In this document: piece after piece, positions 1 through 10,077 of the stretch
Layout of the letters: each line of letters starts with the position of its first letter
Position numbering within the stretch: position 1 is the first letter of the stretch
NCBI GenBank assembly: GCA_016844925.1
Contig: JAERTI010000036.1
Coordinates: 11,053 to 75,052 of the forward strand
From: Candidatus Uhrbacteria bacterium
GTDB taxonomy: Bacteria; Patescibacteriota; Patescibacteriia; UBA9934; GWF2-40-263
Direction: 5' to 3'
Length of the DNA stretch: 64,000 bases
The notes under the pieces: model-generated
What the model saw: the letters and a program-made list of their open reading frames with translations, nothing else
What the model was told of the DNA's origin: nothing
Databases searched by the model: none
Position numbers and translations under genes: made by a program

Positions 1-2587
1 CATCAATGGTAACCGTTGCGTTTTCTGCACCGGACCCACTGACACTAATTGTATTGTTCCCTGCGTCAGCAATTGTAGCCACATAATCACCAGTAGTATC
101 AGTACCCAACGTGACCGCGTCTGCAGAAATCGACGCGACTCCAGCGCTGGAAACATCCACGTCACCACTAAGATCAACGGGGTTGTAGCTCGTTCCATCA
201 GCCACGAGGATGAAACCAGATGTGTTGGTATTCATCATCAGATCATCACCAGCAATCTTCAGATCCCCAGAAGTCTCAAGGTTTCCAGTGGTGCCCATGT
301 CCGTAAGTGTAAGAAGGACATTTGTTCCATCACTGAAGGTCAGGACCTCTGTGTTGTTGATGGCAATATTTGGAGTCGTGGCATCGAACGTAATGTCAGC
401 GCCGATCGATGGAACACCGTTGATGTCGACCGTGGAGTCGAAACGTGTTGCGCCATCAACCTCTAGGGCACCCTCGACGAAAAGAGTGTCATCTGCGAGT
501 GCTGTCAGACTATCTGGTGTTGAGCCAGAGCCAATTCGTGCGCCTGAGACAACGGTCAGATCTGATTCTACGTTTGCGTTTGCCGTAAATGTCGTGAGTC
601 CGTCGAACGTAAAGGATCCATCGTCCGATGCCGTGAATCGATCCGCTCCATTGTCCTGAATCACGAAATCTCCCGTTGAAGCAAGGTTGAAAATGATTTT
701 TCCTGTTCCATTGTTTGTGAAAAGAAGCTGGTCATCAGAATCCATGGTAATGGATGTAGACGCATCGAGTCCGAGTGTGTCACTTAAGACAGCAAAGTCG
801 AGACAGTCGTTACAGTTCACATCTACCACATCAAGTGTTACTGGAGCACCCTCAGAACCAGATCCAACCACAGTCACTGTACCGTTCCCCGCGTCAGCGA
901 CCGTGGCAACGTAATTACCCGTTGTGTCTGTACCTAGCGCAACGGCATTAGATGCAATCGTAGCCACTCCAGCGCTAGAGACATCGACGTCACCACTAAG
1001 ATCTACCGGGTTGTAATTCGTTCCATCGGCCACAAGGATGAAGCCTGAGGTGTTGGTACCCATGGTGAGGTCGTCACCTGAAATCGTCAGGTCACCTGAA
1101 AGCGTGAGGTTCCCGGTTGTACCCGCATCAGCCAACGTGAACAAGGTGTTCGTGCCGTCGGTAATGGTGAGAGACTCACCATTATTAATCGCAACATTTG
1201 GTGTTGTGGCATCGAATGTGATGTCAGCACCAATCGATGGGACACCGTTGATGTCGACCGTGGAATCGAAACGTGTCGCACCATCAATCTCTAAGGCACC
1301 CTCGACGAAGAATGAATCATCCGCTAGGGCTGTAAGACTATCTGGTGTTGAACCTGTTCCAATACGCGCGCCTGATGTGACAATCAGATCCGCTCCAATA
1401 GTTGCATCGTTGTCTGTTGAAATCGTTCCGATTCCAGACAAGTCACCTGTGGCGGAGATGTCCCAGTCGCTCGTGTTGATCGCAATGGAGTCGCCCCCAT
1501 CACCAATGGTTGTGTTTTGTGCAAACGTCAAATCGCCACCGGCAATAGACAGAGCCAAATCTGTCGAACCGGTCGTGGTTATAACGCCTGAATCAAACGT
1601 GGTATCGGTTCCCACTCCAAATCCACCATCACTAAACACTTTCCCCTCTACACCAATGGATCCTGCGACAAATAGATCGTCACCCCCGAGAGAGAAAGAT
1701 GTGTGCGAAAGTGTTTCCGTGGAACTTGTTGAAGCTCCTATGACAAGGTCATTATCAATAAACCCATCACCCATAACCTCGAGCTCGTCGACAATCTGCA
1801 AATCCCCAACTCCTCCAGAGGCGTAAGTGAATGAAGTATTTGCTCCAATAACAACAGCGCTATCATCCTCATAGATATGAGGTGGCACCGAAGTAGTCTC
1901 CCACACAGAGGTAACGTCTGAAGTGAACGCAATGGTTCCTGAACTATCCTTAAAGGTATAGACGTTGTCACCTGTTGGATCAGTGAACGCGAATGTTGAC
2001 TCAAAATCATCTGCTGTTGCCCCCTCGAAGACAAATGGAGATGCGCCTGAGAGCGTCGCGCCAGTGAAGTCGAAGACTCCCGTACCAGTATCACCAGTCG
2101 CCGCTAAGAATCCCGTTGAATCGATTCCATCGAGACGCTGAGCATTGATGGCGTATGGTGCTGCCGTAAGCTGCTTACGTGGTGAAAGTGTCTCGCCGGC
2201 AATATCGACCTCAAGATAGATATTTGTATTGTCACCAAAGACCGAGTCGGCAATGGCAGCGTACGAGTTGCTCGTGTCGCCAAGGTTCTCTGTGAAAAGT
2301 CCCGATGTAAGCGTTACGGAGCGACCTGTTGTGGAAGCTGGTGTGTTGCTATCACAGTCCGCACTTGAGTTTGACCACAGACACGTTCCCGATGTCGATG
2401 CGTCGTACAAGAAGAACTTCATTGTCAGACTCGAATCGCTGGCAGGAACGCCATTATTATCAAGAACCCGCCCTTGATAGGTAACGATGTTTGGCGGCGC
2501 AGCAGATTGCACAATGCCAAATACTGCCATCAGTGAGAGGATGACGAGTATTCCTGTGACAAATTGTGAACTGTGTTTGAGTAACAT
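1..2587 (-). CDS. Giant secreted/surface repeat protein (N-terminal part; continues beyond window start)
   Basis: Missing from the ORF track because it runs off the window. ATG at 2587 preceded by AGGAGG. Translates MLLKHSSQFVTGILVILSLMAVFGIVQSAAPPNIVTYQGRVLD...LEVDIAGETLSPRKQLTAAPYA. Frame is still open at position 2. Internal 276-aa repeat with LGTDTTG(D/N)YVA motif. Confidence 0.85.
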   Translation of the reverse strand, partial: MLLKHSSQFVTGILVILSLMAVFGIVQSAAPPNIVTYQGRVLDNNGVPASDSSLTMKFFLYDASTSGTCLWSNSSADCDSNTPASTTGRSVTLTSGLFTENLGDTSNSYAAIADSVFGDNTNIYLEVDIAGETLSPRKQLTAAPYAINAQRLDGIDSTGFLAATGDTGTGVFDFTGATLSGASPFVFEGATADDFESTFAFTDPTGDNVYTFKDSSGTIAFTSDVTSVWETTSVPPHIYEDDSAVVIGANTSFTYASGGVGDLQIVDELEVMGDGFIDNDLVIGASTSSTETLSHTSFSLGGDDLFVAGSIGVEGKVFSDGGFGVGTDTTFDSGVITTTGSTDLALSIAGGDLTFAQNTTIGDGGDSIAINTSDWDISATGDLSGIGTISTDNDATIGADLIVTSGARIGTGSTPDSLTALADDSFFVEGALEIDGATRFDSTVDINGVPSIGADITFDATTPNVAINNGESLTITDGTNTLFTLADAGTTGNLTLSGDLTISGDDLTMGTNTSGFILVADGTNYNPVDLSGDVDVSSAGVATIASNAVALGTDTTGNYVATVADAGNGTVTVVGSGSEGAPVTLDVVDVNCNDCLDFAVLSDTLGLDASTSITMDSDDQLLFTNNGTGKIIFNLASTGDFVIQDNGADRFTASDDGSFTFDGLTTFTANANVESDLTVVSGARIGSGSTPDSLTALADDTLFVEGALEVDGATRFDSTVDINGVPSIGADITFDATTPNIAINNTEVLTFSDGTNVLLTLTDMGTTGNLETSGDLKIAGDDLMMNTNTSGFILVADGTSYNPVDLSGDVDVSSAGVASISADAVTLGTDTTGDYVATIADAGNNTISVSGSGAENATVTID
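61..1390 (-). repeat. Diverged intragenic repeat, period 828 nt (about 61-560 vs 889-1390)
   Basis: gtcaccactaagatc and gcacc/gccgatcgatgg..caccgttgatgtcgaccgtgga..cgaaacgtgt recur 828 nt apart; differences are mostly at third codon positions. Confidence 0.85.
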
Positions 2588-2593
2588 AGCCTC

Positions 2594-5500
2594 CTATGAA
2601 GTTGGTGCTGGTGGAATATTTGTCAGATCAATATCTGGCTCAAGCCCAACCTCCTGAGAGAAGTCGATGGGCTCGGTGAGTTGTGAGTAGTCGATGGGAC
2701 GAATTTCCATCGGCTTGAATCCTTCTTTTTGGAACGTAGCGAAGTATTTGTTTGGTCCGAGCATGAACGCATAGCGCCCCTTGCTATCAGTAATTTGTGT
2801 CTCGAGTACCTTGTTGTATTTCGGCTCGAAGATACGCGCGACCACACGCGAGAGCGGACGACCTGTGTAGGAGTCGTACACCACACCCCAGCTAATAGGT
2901 TTTCGAGGTCGAGCCAGACGCTTGGCCAAGAAGAATACTCCTAGCTGAATGCCGATCATGCCGAGCGAGAATGGTGTCGGTCGAATGGCACCAAACGCTC
3001 CGGCTGCAAGAACACCTCCGAAGGCCAACACATGCTGAGCCGTGCGCAGCCACTTGCGTCGTATAGCTGTTGTAGACGCTTGCGCCACATCCTGCTGCAC
3101 AGGATCAAGTGGAATGTTGGCTGAGATGACCGCACTAGCGTCCGTCACCTCAATAGGCTCTGAGTGGTAGACATCTAAGTACTGTCCATCCACTTTCTCC
3201 CCTGCTAGATACTGTGATGGGAATTGATATCCCGATTTTGTGACTTGAATGCGATACCTTCCTGTATCAACCAAGAAGAAGTATCGCCCCCCCTTGTCGG
3301 TAACCCGACTCTTGACGAGACGACCAGGTAACCCGGCCGCCTCGTCTTGTTGTGTGACTTGAAAGAGACGTACCACCGCAAGATCCACTGGGGTCTTGGA
3401 GATAGCGTTATAGACGACTCCGTAACTCTTCCTGCGTCTGCGCCAGAAAAAGAGAATTGGCGCTGTGAAAATGTATTGCAGGAATGGAAGGAAATCGAAC
3501 GCGACAGAAAGTACGACCACACTCGCCCCCGCCGTAACAGCAAGTGTGGGAACAGATACTTCTGCGGCCTCTTCTACACCGGGGAGCTCTCGAATGGTTT
3601 CGAGGCCCTCTTGTACTGCCTGGATTGGTTCAAGATCGAGCACGGTCTCGATCACACTAAGAGCAGCTGCCGTGTCATCCACTTCCTCAGCTTCAGGTTC
3701 TTCGTCTTCAGCTTCGGCTTCAATGATTGGCTCCTCGTCCTCTTCCTGCTCGTACGCTGCAAGAACAATGCGAGGATTCACAATCGCATTTGCGACCACA
3801 AGCTGACCCGTGCTTGTAGTCTCAAAGCCTTCTGCTTCGACTTCGACAAGATAGGTGCCGTTTGGCACATACCAAGCGAATGACCCGTCTGAGGAAACGG
3901 TTGTTGGGTTGAACTGGTTATATGGGGACCCATCCCACACCACCTGCTCACCATCAACGATTTCAAAGAGCGTAACGGTTGCGTTTGATACCGTTGTTTC
4001 TTCACCATCGATGACCTGGAGTGCGTAGCCCTGAGAGACAACGCGCAGGTATGAAGAAACAAATTCAGATGAACCATCGTCGTATTCGACTTCTATGATC
4101 ACCTGTTGAATGCCTTTAGCACTCGGTACGGCAACATCCGCGTTGTAAAGAACGCCTGTCTCGTCTAGAGACAGAAGGAATAGATCGCTGCCTATGGACA
4201 GCTGAACGCTGCTAACATCGTCAGCAACTTCTGACACGGGAATCTGCACACTCAACGTGCTTGTGGGAAGCACCTCAACCACACCGGAGCTGGTGGTCTC
4301 GAGCGTAAGAGATCTCTCCGCGACAAGATAACTGATGTCACTATCGGTTAGTTCACCTTCCTCCGCACCCAAGGAGGTAGGTTCACTCACGCTAGGACAA
4401 TCGATTGGACATGAGGCTGATGATTCAGACTCAGAACACACACCGTCTCCACAGGAAACCGCCAGACCTGAAGAGTCGTCTGTCTCTGAGATGTCATCAT
4501 CTCCTGTCACATCACCGGATCCACCTGATTCAGAATCTTCTTCGGACCCCTCCGTAGAATCTTCTTCACCTTCTTCGGTGGCCGGCTCTTCCTCTGAAGG
4601 AACTTCCTCCTCAGAGGGCACCTCTTCTACTGGAGCACTTGGTAACCCAGATCCAAGCGCACCAGAAGCAAACTGCCCTGCTTCATCGTAGGAAAAAACT
4701 CCAAGGTAATAAGTAAGATCAGCTGTTAAACCAGACAACGTCCCTTCTTCAGTAAGATCGTCGAGGCCTGTCGTGCAATCTTCATCTGTTGGACCGTCTG
4801 GATAGTCATCTTCACAAACCAACACGAGAACTCCATCCAAATCTTCATCCGTTGGATTTGTCCAAGACAATGAAAGGGACTCAACGCCGGACTCTACCAG
4901 CAAGTCTGAAACATTTGCCGGTGGCAAATCTTCCTCTGTCGTGAAGGTGTTATCTGCAGAAAACGCTTGATTCGAGAATTTGTCTGTCGAAACAGCTTGA
5001 AAATGATATTCCGTCTCATCATCAAGTCCCGTCAACAAAACAGAGTGTGATGTGACATATTCGCCGTCATATCCAGTAGACTCATAGGTTTCCGTAAGCC
5101 CATAAGAGACCACACTGTTGGCATCTTCATTGGTCGTCCAAGTGATTCGCGCCGAATCATACGTGATATCAATCACTTCAATATCTGAAATAACAGGCGC
5201 TGTTTGATCCAACGTTGTGAACACGAGCGTGTCTGAAATTCCGACATTAGATGCACTGTCAGTTGAATTGGCGTTGAAGTAATAGGTTTCCCCCTCACTC
5301 AACCCAGTCAACGTTAGACTGTGGGATGTCACGAACTCACTGCTGTAGAAGTTATCTAGATCGACATACTCATCTAAACCAATATTCACCCTTGAATCTG
5401 ACGATTCATCGGTTGTCCAACTCACCACAGCCGAAGTTGTGCTCACGGACGAAACCTTGAGTCCAGAGAGTACTGGCGCTGTGGAATCAGGACTTCCGCC

Positions 5501-6097
5501 ACCACCCCCAGTCTCTGGAGGTTCAGGGACTGTTGCCGAAACAGGAATGCTTCCATCCCCATTAATTGGTAAGGCAATGGAACCACGGTCACCAAACGTT
5601 CCAGCAATGGAGATAAAATGCGTGCCACTTGTTACCGGATTAGTAACTTGATTTGCACCCGTTCCGCTTTCTGTGGCATTCGTCCCCACCTCAACGGTAA
5701 CTTGACTTGCCGCCGCAACGGCCCCACCGTCGCCGGCACAGATAGTAATTGTCACTACATCTGAAGCGATTTCAACGGAAGCTTGCTCTGTTCCAGAGCA
5801 GTCTGCAGCCGTAGTCAGATCGACTCCGTCATCAGCCACATCTACATCATCTTCAATGATCGATGATGTATCGAAGGCTGAAGCAAATGTAATCGTTACG
5901 TTTTCACCTTCTGCTATACCTGAAGGAGTTGTAAAGATCAGCTTATGATCCGCAGGAAGGAACGCCTGGAGCGTGGAAGGATAATCATTCCCCGCTGTAA
6001 GCGTCGCTGCTGACACCTGCGAAGCACCCACAATAATCGCCGTTGCAAATACCGCGACTAATAGGATGTTTCGAGTTGTATTGATGAGCGTTCGCAC
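2594..6097 (-). CDS. Secreted/membrane protein with FN3 repeats, acidic linker and carboxypeptidase-regulatory-like domains
   Basis: 1167-aa ORF with signal peptide, FN3 motifs (VSWTTDE...Y.F), TM segments and C-terminal TDxxGRY.F repeats. Confidence 0.85.
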   Translation of the reverse strand: MRTLINTTRNILLVAVFATAIIVGASQVSAATLTAGNDYPSTLQAFLPADHKLIFTTPSGIAEGENVTITFASAFDTSSIIEDDVDVADDGVDLTTAADCSGTEQASVEIASDVVTITICAGDGGAVAAASQVTVEVGTNATESGTGANQVTNPVTSGTHFISIAGTFGDRGSIALPINGDGSIPVSATVPEPPETGGGGGSPDSTAPVLSGLKVSSVSTTSAVVSWTTDESSDSRVNIGLDEYVDLDNFYSSEFVTSHSLTLTGLSEGETYYFNANSTDSASNVGISDTLVFTTLDQTAPVISDIEVIDITYDSARITWTTNEDANSVVSYGLTETYESTGYDGEYVTSHSVLLTGLDDETEYHFQAVSTDKFSNQAFSADNTFTTEEDLPPANVSDLLVESGVESLSLSWTNPTDEDLDGVLVLVCEDDYPDGPTDEDCTTGLDDLTEEGTLSGLTADLTYYLGVFSYDEAGQFASGALGSGLPSAPVEEVPSEEEVPSEEEPATEEGEEDSTEGSEEDSESGGSGDVTGDDDISETDDSSGLAVSCGDGVCSESESSASCPIDCPSVSEPTSLGAEEGELTDSDISYLVAERSLTLETTSSGVVEVLPTSTLSVQIPVSEVADDVSSVQLSIGSDLFLLSLDETGVLYNADVAVPSAKGIQQVIIEVEYDDGSSEFVSSYLRVVSQGYALQVIDGEETTVSNATVTLFEIVDGEQVVWDGSPYNQFNPTTVSSDGSFAWYVPNGTYLVEVEAEGFETTSTGQLVVANAIVNPRIVLAAYEQEEDEEPIIEAEAEDEEPEAEEVDDTAAALSVIETVLDLEPIQAVQEGLETIRELPGVEEAAEVSVPTLAVTAGASVVVLSVAFDFLPFLQYIFTAPILFFWRRRRKSYGVVYNAISKTPVDLAVVRLFQVTQQDEAAGLPGRLVKSRVTDKGGRYFFLVDTGRYRIQVTKSGYQFPSQYLAGEKVDGQYLDVYHSEPIEVTDASAVISANIPLDPVQQDVAQASTTAIRRKWLRTAQHVLAFGGVLAAGAFGAIRPTPFSLGMIGIQLGVFFLAKRLARPRKPISWGVVYDSYTGRPLSRVVARIFEPKYNKVLETQITDSKGRYAFMLGPNKYFATFQKEGFKPMEIRPIDYSQLTEPIDFSQEVGLEPDIDLTNIPPAPTS

Positions 6098-6103
6098 ACA
6101 TGT

Positions 6104-7042
6104 TTAGGTTTTGTGTGTCCTCCTCGATGCACGCGCACCGAATTTGTAAACGATGAGTAATAGAGCTGCTGCTGCAAAAACCGTGAGGATCAACTGCCAT
6201 GGAATCAGCCAGAATGTGAACTCTGCGTTCATCATGTCATCACCATCGCCATAGCTGACGTTTAGCAGAGCCGTAACAGGACCAATGCTGAAATGCTGTG
6301 CCTGATAATTCACCAACTCATACCAACTCGCATGCTCGCCGGATGAAATACTTCCTCGGTACGTTCGTGTGGATCCAGGAAGGACACGTCCACCCGACTG
6401 ATTTGCATCAACGCGTGAAATTTCTCTTCCTAAGAAATCCGTTACAACAACCTCGCCAGTTGGGAGAATATGTACATTCCCCTGATTCTGCACACGATAT
6501 TGAAAATCAATATCTAACGTCGAGAGCAATGCAGCAGGGGTCTCACTTGTGAAATCAAGCAAACTGGCCTTCTCAGTCGTCTCACCAGCAACTGTTAATA
6601 GCACTAAGACGGCTGTTTTTGCCTCGATAATGGCACCATTGCTCGCAACCACATCCTCTGGAGCTGGCGACACTGTAATCGCGGCATAGTAACCACCGGA
6701 GGCAACATCCTGGGGGACACGGACTTCAAACGGAATATCTGCAGCACTTTCTGCTGGCACAACAACGACCTCTGAATCGAATGTAAACCATTCAAGATAG
6801 TCGGCAGTTGATTCACCTGTTGGAATGAACTGTGGCTCTCCTCCTTCATCACGAGCCGTAAACTCGATTACGTCCAAATAGTACGTTTGATCGATTCCAC
6901 TCGTGTTGATGACGGAAATCGCATCCTCAGTAAGGCTTCCTCGCTCTAGAACCATCTCTACTAGCGAAGGGGAGACACTTGCTGCGGATACCATTACTGG
7001 CATCAGAAGCAGGATAAACAACGTGATGACAAGCTGTTTCAT
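6104..7042 (-). CDS. DUF916/WxL-interacting-like secreted protein with C-terminal TM
   Basis: Signal peptide; VPxDVASGGYYAAI, NxGNVH and VLPGSTR motifs; C-terminal IPW-TM-basic tail. Confidence 0.7.
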   Translation of the reverse strand: MKQLVITLFILLLMPVMVSAASVSPSLVEMVLERGSLTEDAISVINTSGIDQTYYLDVIEFTARDEGGEPQFIPTGESTADYLEWFTFDSEVVVVPAESAADIPFEVRVPQDVASGGYYAAITVSPAPEDVVASNGAIIEAKTAVLVLLTVAGETTEKASLLDFTSETPAALLSTLDIDFQYRVQNQGNVHILPTGEVVVTDFLGREISRVDANQSGGRVLPGSTRTYRGSISSGEHASWYELVNYQAQHFSIGPVTALLNVSYGDGDDMMNAEFTFWLIPWQLILTVFAAAALLLIVYKFGARASRRTHKT

Positions 7043-7045
7043 ACA

Positions 7046-7951
7046 TTAGAAGTTTCCTGACGCAATAAACGAAAGTGTTTGAGAATAGGAGCCTGCAGTT
7101 GCCCCATCTGCAACAGCCGCCTTTAGAGTAAGGAAGTTTCTGCTCGAGAAACTCGCTGATGACTCTGTGGCTATATCTTGATAGGTCGTCGTAATCGCTG
7201 CGTCTGCTGAATCGAAATCACTTGAGGCGAGAGTTGTGTCTGATGATCGAGCACCATATTCTGTGGCCCCCGAACTTACCGCACCATCTGAAACATCTGT
7301 AATGGCATTGCCTCCACTCCTAAGGTCACCATCCTCGAACAACTGCACAACATAACCGTTATCATTCTCAACATTCACCTCGATTCCAATGATGGCGGTA
7401 GAAACAGAACTTGATGAAAGCTCACCAAAAGCAATCGAGGAAGCATCCAATTGATAGACATAGTCATTAGATCCATCAATAGAAGGGGCTGTTCCACCGT
7501 TTGTCAGGCTATCTACCGTAATAGTTGATGCACCGACACTCGTCACCTTTCCAATAGCTCCAACCTGATTAACTCCCCTGTCTTGGATCAAAGCAACGTA
7601 GTTACCAACACTGATACCACTTACAGAAGTTGTAATCGTTGTCCCAGAAAGCCCTGATGCGGAACGAGCGTCAGATAAATCTTGTACCTGTACATCAAAT
7701 GTAATGATCTGATCGTAGACACCTTCTCTATAACCCTGCCCAAGGATATAGCTGGAGCTCGATGAACGACCCGCAGGGCCATTTTCAACAGAGTCCCTTA
7801 AGAGGTAGTTAGATGAACTGGATGTATCAGAACCACCGGTGCTGAACGTATCCCACCTAATCTCGTAGTTTGTGGATGTCATTTCGGCCTGGGTAAAACC
7901 AGCGCATACAAAAAACCCCACAAGCGCAAAGGTGAAAAGATGTAATCTCAT
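7046..7951 (-). CDS. Secreted Ser/Thr-rich protein (WxL/pilin-like subunit candidate)
   Basis: Start MRLHLF at 7951; signal peptide; MTSTNYEI..D N-terminus; C-terminal AGSYSQTLSFIASGNF beta-strand motif. Confidence 0.7.
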   Translation of the reverse strand: MRLHLFTFALVGFFVCAGFTQAEMTSTNYEIRWDTFSTGGSDTSSSSNYLLRDSVENGPAGRSSSSSYILGQGYREGVYDQIITFDVQVQDLSDARSASGLSGTTITTSVSGISVGNYVALIQDRGVNQVGAIGKVTSVGASTITVDSLTNGGTAPSIDGSNDYVYQLDASSIAFGELSSSSVSTAIIGIEVNVENDNGYVVQLFEDGDLRSGGNAITDVSDGAVSSGATEYGARSSDTTLASSDFDSADAAITTTYQDIATESSASFSSRNFLTLKAAVADGATAGSYSQTLSFIASGNF

Positions 7952-8098
7952 AGGCTTACCTCTACAAATAGAGTATATCATGAATACTAAATGTAGTCAA
8001 AGTATTTCTTTGCTAAGCTTAGCAAAGAAATGGACCTTTTTTGATGCAAAAGTAGGAAAAAAATAGAAAAAACTTCTAAAACTCTTTGAAATTGCCGC

Positions 8099-8107
8099 TT
8101 ATCCACA
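8099..8107 (+). promoter_or_regulatory. Perfect DnaA box
   Basis: TTATCCACA in the intergenic region upstream of the surface operon. Confidence 0.5.
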
Positions 8108-8142
8108 TTTTTCCCTGTTTGTCTACCCCAGTGTTGCCAAAT

Positions 8143-8177
8143 AACTAAAATCCACCAAAAGTTGGTGGATTTTAGTT
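8143..8177. terminator. 16-bp perfect inverted repeat; probable terminator downstream of tRNA-Arg
   Basis: AACTAAAATCCACCAA-AAG-TTGGTGGATTTTAGTT. Confidence 0.7.
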
Positions 8178-8288
8178 CGATCTATTTAACCTTATCGCTT
8201 GCATCTCATAACTACTGTGATCTGATCTACTTAACCATGACTTCAGATTTCACAGTATCGTTTCTCGTGAAACACCATCAGAATTTTA

Positions 8289-8364
8289 TGGTGTCCCCGG
8301 AGGGACTCGAACCCCCATGTCATCCTTAGGAGGGATGCGCTCTATCCTGTTGAGCTACGAGGAC
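8289..8364 (-). tRNA. tRNA-Arg(CCT)
   Basis: Cloverleaf GTCCTCG...CATCC-CT-CCT-AA-GGATG...TTCGAGT...CGGGGAC-A-CCA. Confidence 0.95.
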
Positions 8365-8465
8365 AATTGACATATTTTACTCTGTGAAATAAGAGCTATT
8401 GCGCATGATATAATCCCAGAGCGTCGTTATAATACGCCACTCAATTGGCACAGTCAAAACTTTTT

Positions 8466-9581
8466 ATGTCAACAGAAGCATTTTTAACTTCAGTCATTGT
8501 TGCACTAGTTCTAGGGATCTTGTTCTTAGCTACTAGAAAACCTCGCTCAAAAAGTCCAGATACTGATTCAAACCTGCTCGCACTCATTAATGATTTAAGA
8601 AAAGAGATACAATCTACAACCAACTCTCAAAGAAAAGAGGTTGAAGGAAAGCTTGATCAAATGCATGATCGGCTCCTCCAGAATATGCAAGAGTCTTCTT
8701 CAACTCTTCAGAAGCATTTTAGGCACACATCAGTCATCATAAAGGATGTGACTGAACGTCTCACGCAACTTGATGACACGAATAAACAAGTCCTTGGTTT
8801 TTCTGAACAACTTCAAAGCTTGGAAAACATCTTAAAAAATCCAAAACAACGAGGAATCCTAGGTGAATATTGGCTTGAATCCCTTTTAAATCAAGTTCTT
8901 CCTCCTGGGCAATATAAAATGCAACACGATCTAGGTATCAACGAAAAGACCGGGCAAAAACTAATTCCAGATGCAGTTATTTTTGTTAAAGATTTTATCA
9001 TTCCAATTGATTCAAAGTTTTCTCTTGAAAACTACAACCGTATTTCACAAGAAACAGATCAAGCAAGACGCTCACTACTTGAAAAAGAGTTTAAAGCTGA
9101 CGTTAAACTCAGGATCGATGAAACGTCTAAATATATCCAGCCAGAGAAAGGAACAACGAACTTTGCATTCATGTTCGTGCCCGCAGAAGGTGTCTACCAC
9201 AACCTGATCACTCAAAACGTTGGGGCTGTAAAAGTAAACACCCGAAATCTTATTGAGTATGCTTTTGAAAAAGGTGTGATGATCGTTTCTCCAACATCAT
9301 TTTTTGCCTACCTACAAACGGTGATCTTGGGATTAAAAGCTCTTCAAATCGAAGAATCTGTTAAAGACATTCAGATGCAGTCAGAAAAACTCATGCGTCA
9401 CATGAAGGCCTATGAAGATCATCACAACAGAGTGGGCAAGCACCTTGAGACAACGGTCCGGGCGTACACAGCATCATCTAAAGAATTGAAAAAGGTCGAT
9501 AAGGACATCTATAAAATCACTGACGGCATCGCCGGTAAAGAGCTTGAGCCAATAGAGCTTGAAGTGCCCCAAAGGGACTAA
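8466..9581 (+). CDS. rmuC: DNA recombination protein RmuC
   Basis: N-terminal TM, coiled coil, RGxxGE, PDAVI, IPIDSKF, FMFVPAE and VSPT motifs. Confidence 0.9.
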   Translation: MSTEAFLTSVIVALVLGILFLATRKPRSKSPDTDSNLLALINDLRKEIQSTTNSQRKEVEGKLDQMHDRLLQNMQESSSTLQKHFRHTSVIIKDVTERLTQLDDTNKQVLGFSEQLQSLENILKNPKQRGILGEYWLESLLNQVLPPGQYKMQHDLGINEKTGQKLIPDAVIFVKDFIIPIDSKFSLENYNRISQETDQARRSLLEKEFKADVKLRIDETSKYIQPEKGTTNFAFMFVPAEGVYHNLITQNVGAVKVNTRNLIEYAFEKGVMIVSPTSFFAYLQTVILGLKALQIEESVKDIQMQSEKLMRHMKAYEDHHNRVGKHLETTVRAYTASSKELKKVDKDIYKITDGIAGKELEPIELEVPQRD

Positions 9582-9730
9582 TCTAAGGACCTGATTGTCT
9601 ATCCAAAGTATTTTACGACACAAATATCAATGAGCTGTGTATATAGATTGACACATCACCATTATCAGCTATACTACCGACGTCTCAGTTAGCGCCATTG
9701 CTAACAAAAATACGCTCAACATATAGAACT

Positions 9731-10000
9731 ATGCCAAACTTAAAGAATGCAAAGAAAGCTATTCGCCAAAGCGACAAACGCGCACAGCGCAATAAAATCG
9801 CCAAAGCGGAGATCAAGTCCCTTCGCGTAAAACTGCGTAAGGCACTTACAGCAAGTAACCTTGACGAAGCGGCAACTGTTGCGCAGCTCGTCGGGAAAAA
9901 ACTCGACAAAGCCGTCAAGAAGAACATCTTCAAGAAGAACACTGTGGCTCGATACAAGTCACGCATGATGAAGAAGATCAACGCGCTGAAAAATGCGTAG
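9731..10000 (+). CDS. rpsT: 30S ribosomal protein S20
   Basis: MPNLKNAKKAIRQ...DKAVKKNIFKKNTVARYKSR. Confidence 0.95.
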   Translation: MPNLKNAKKAIRQSDKRAQRNKIAKAEIKSLRVKLRKALTASNLDEAATVAQLVGKKLDKAVKKNIFKKNTVARYKSRMMKKINALKNA

Positions 10001-10030
10001 AAAAAATAGACCCATGAGGGTCTATTTTTT
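10001..10030. terminator. Bidirectional intrinsic terminator between rpsT and holA
   Basis: AAAAAATAGACCC-ATGA-GGGTCTATTTTTT. Confidence 0.8.
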
Positions 10031-10077
10031 AATTAGATTCATCTTACTAAGATTGGATTTCTACCAACCAGATAAAC

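Noticed and set aside
210-2477. Plus-strand ORFs (210-659, 1038-1826, 2229-2477)
   Set aside because: Antisense shadows of the giant minus-strand gene, which has an SD, a signal peptide and a coherent sequence.
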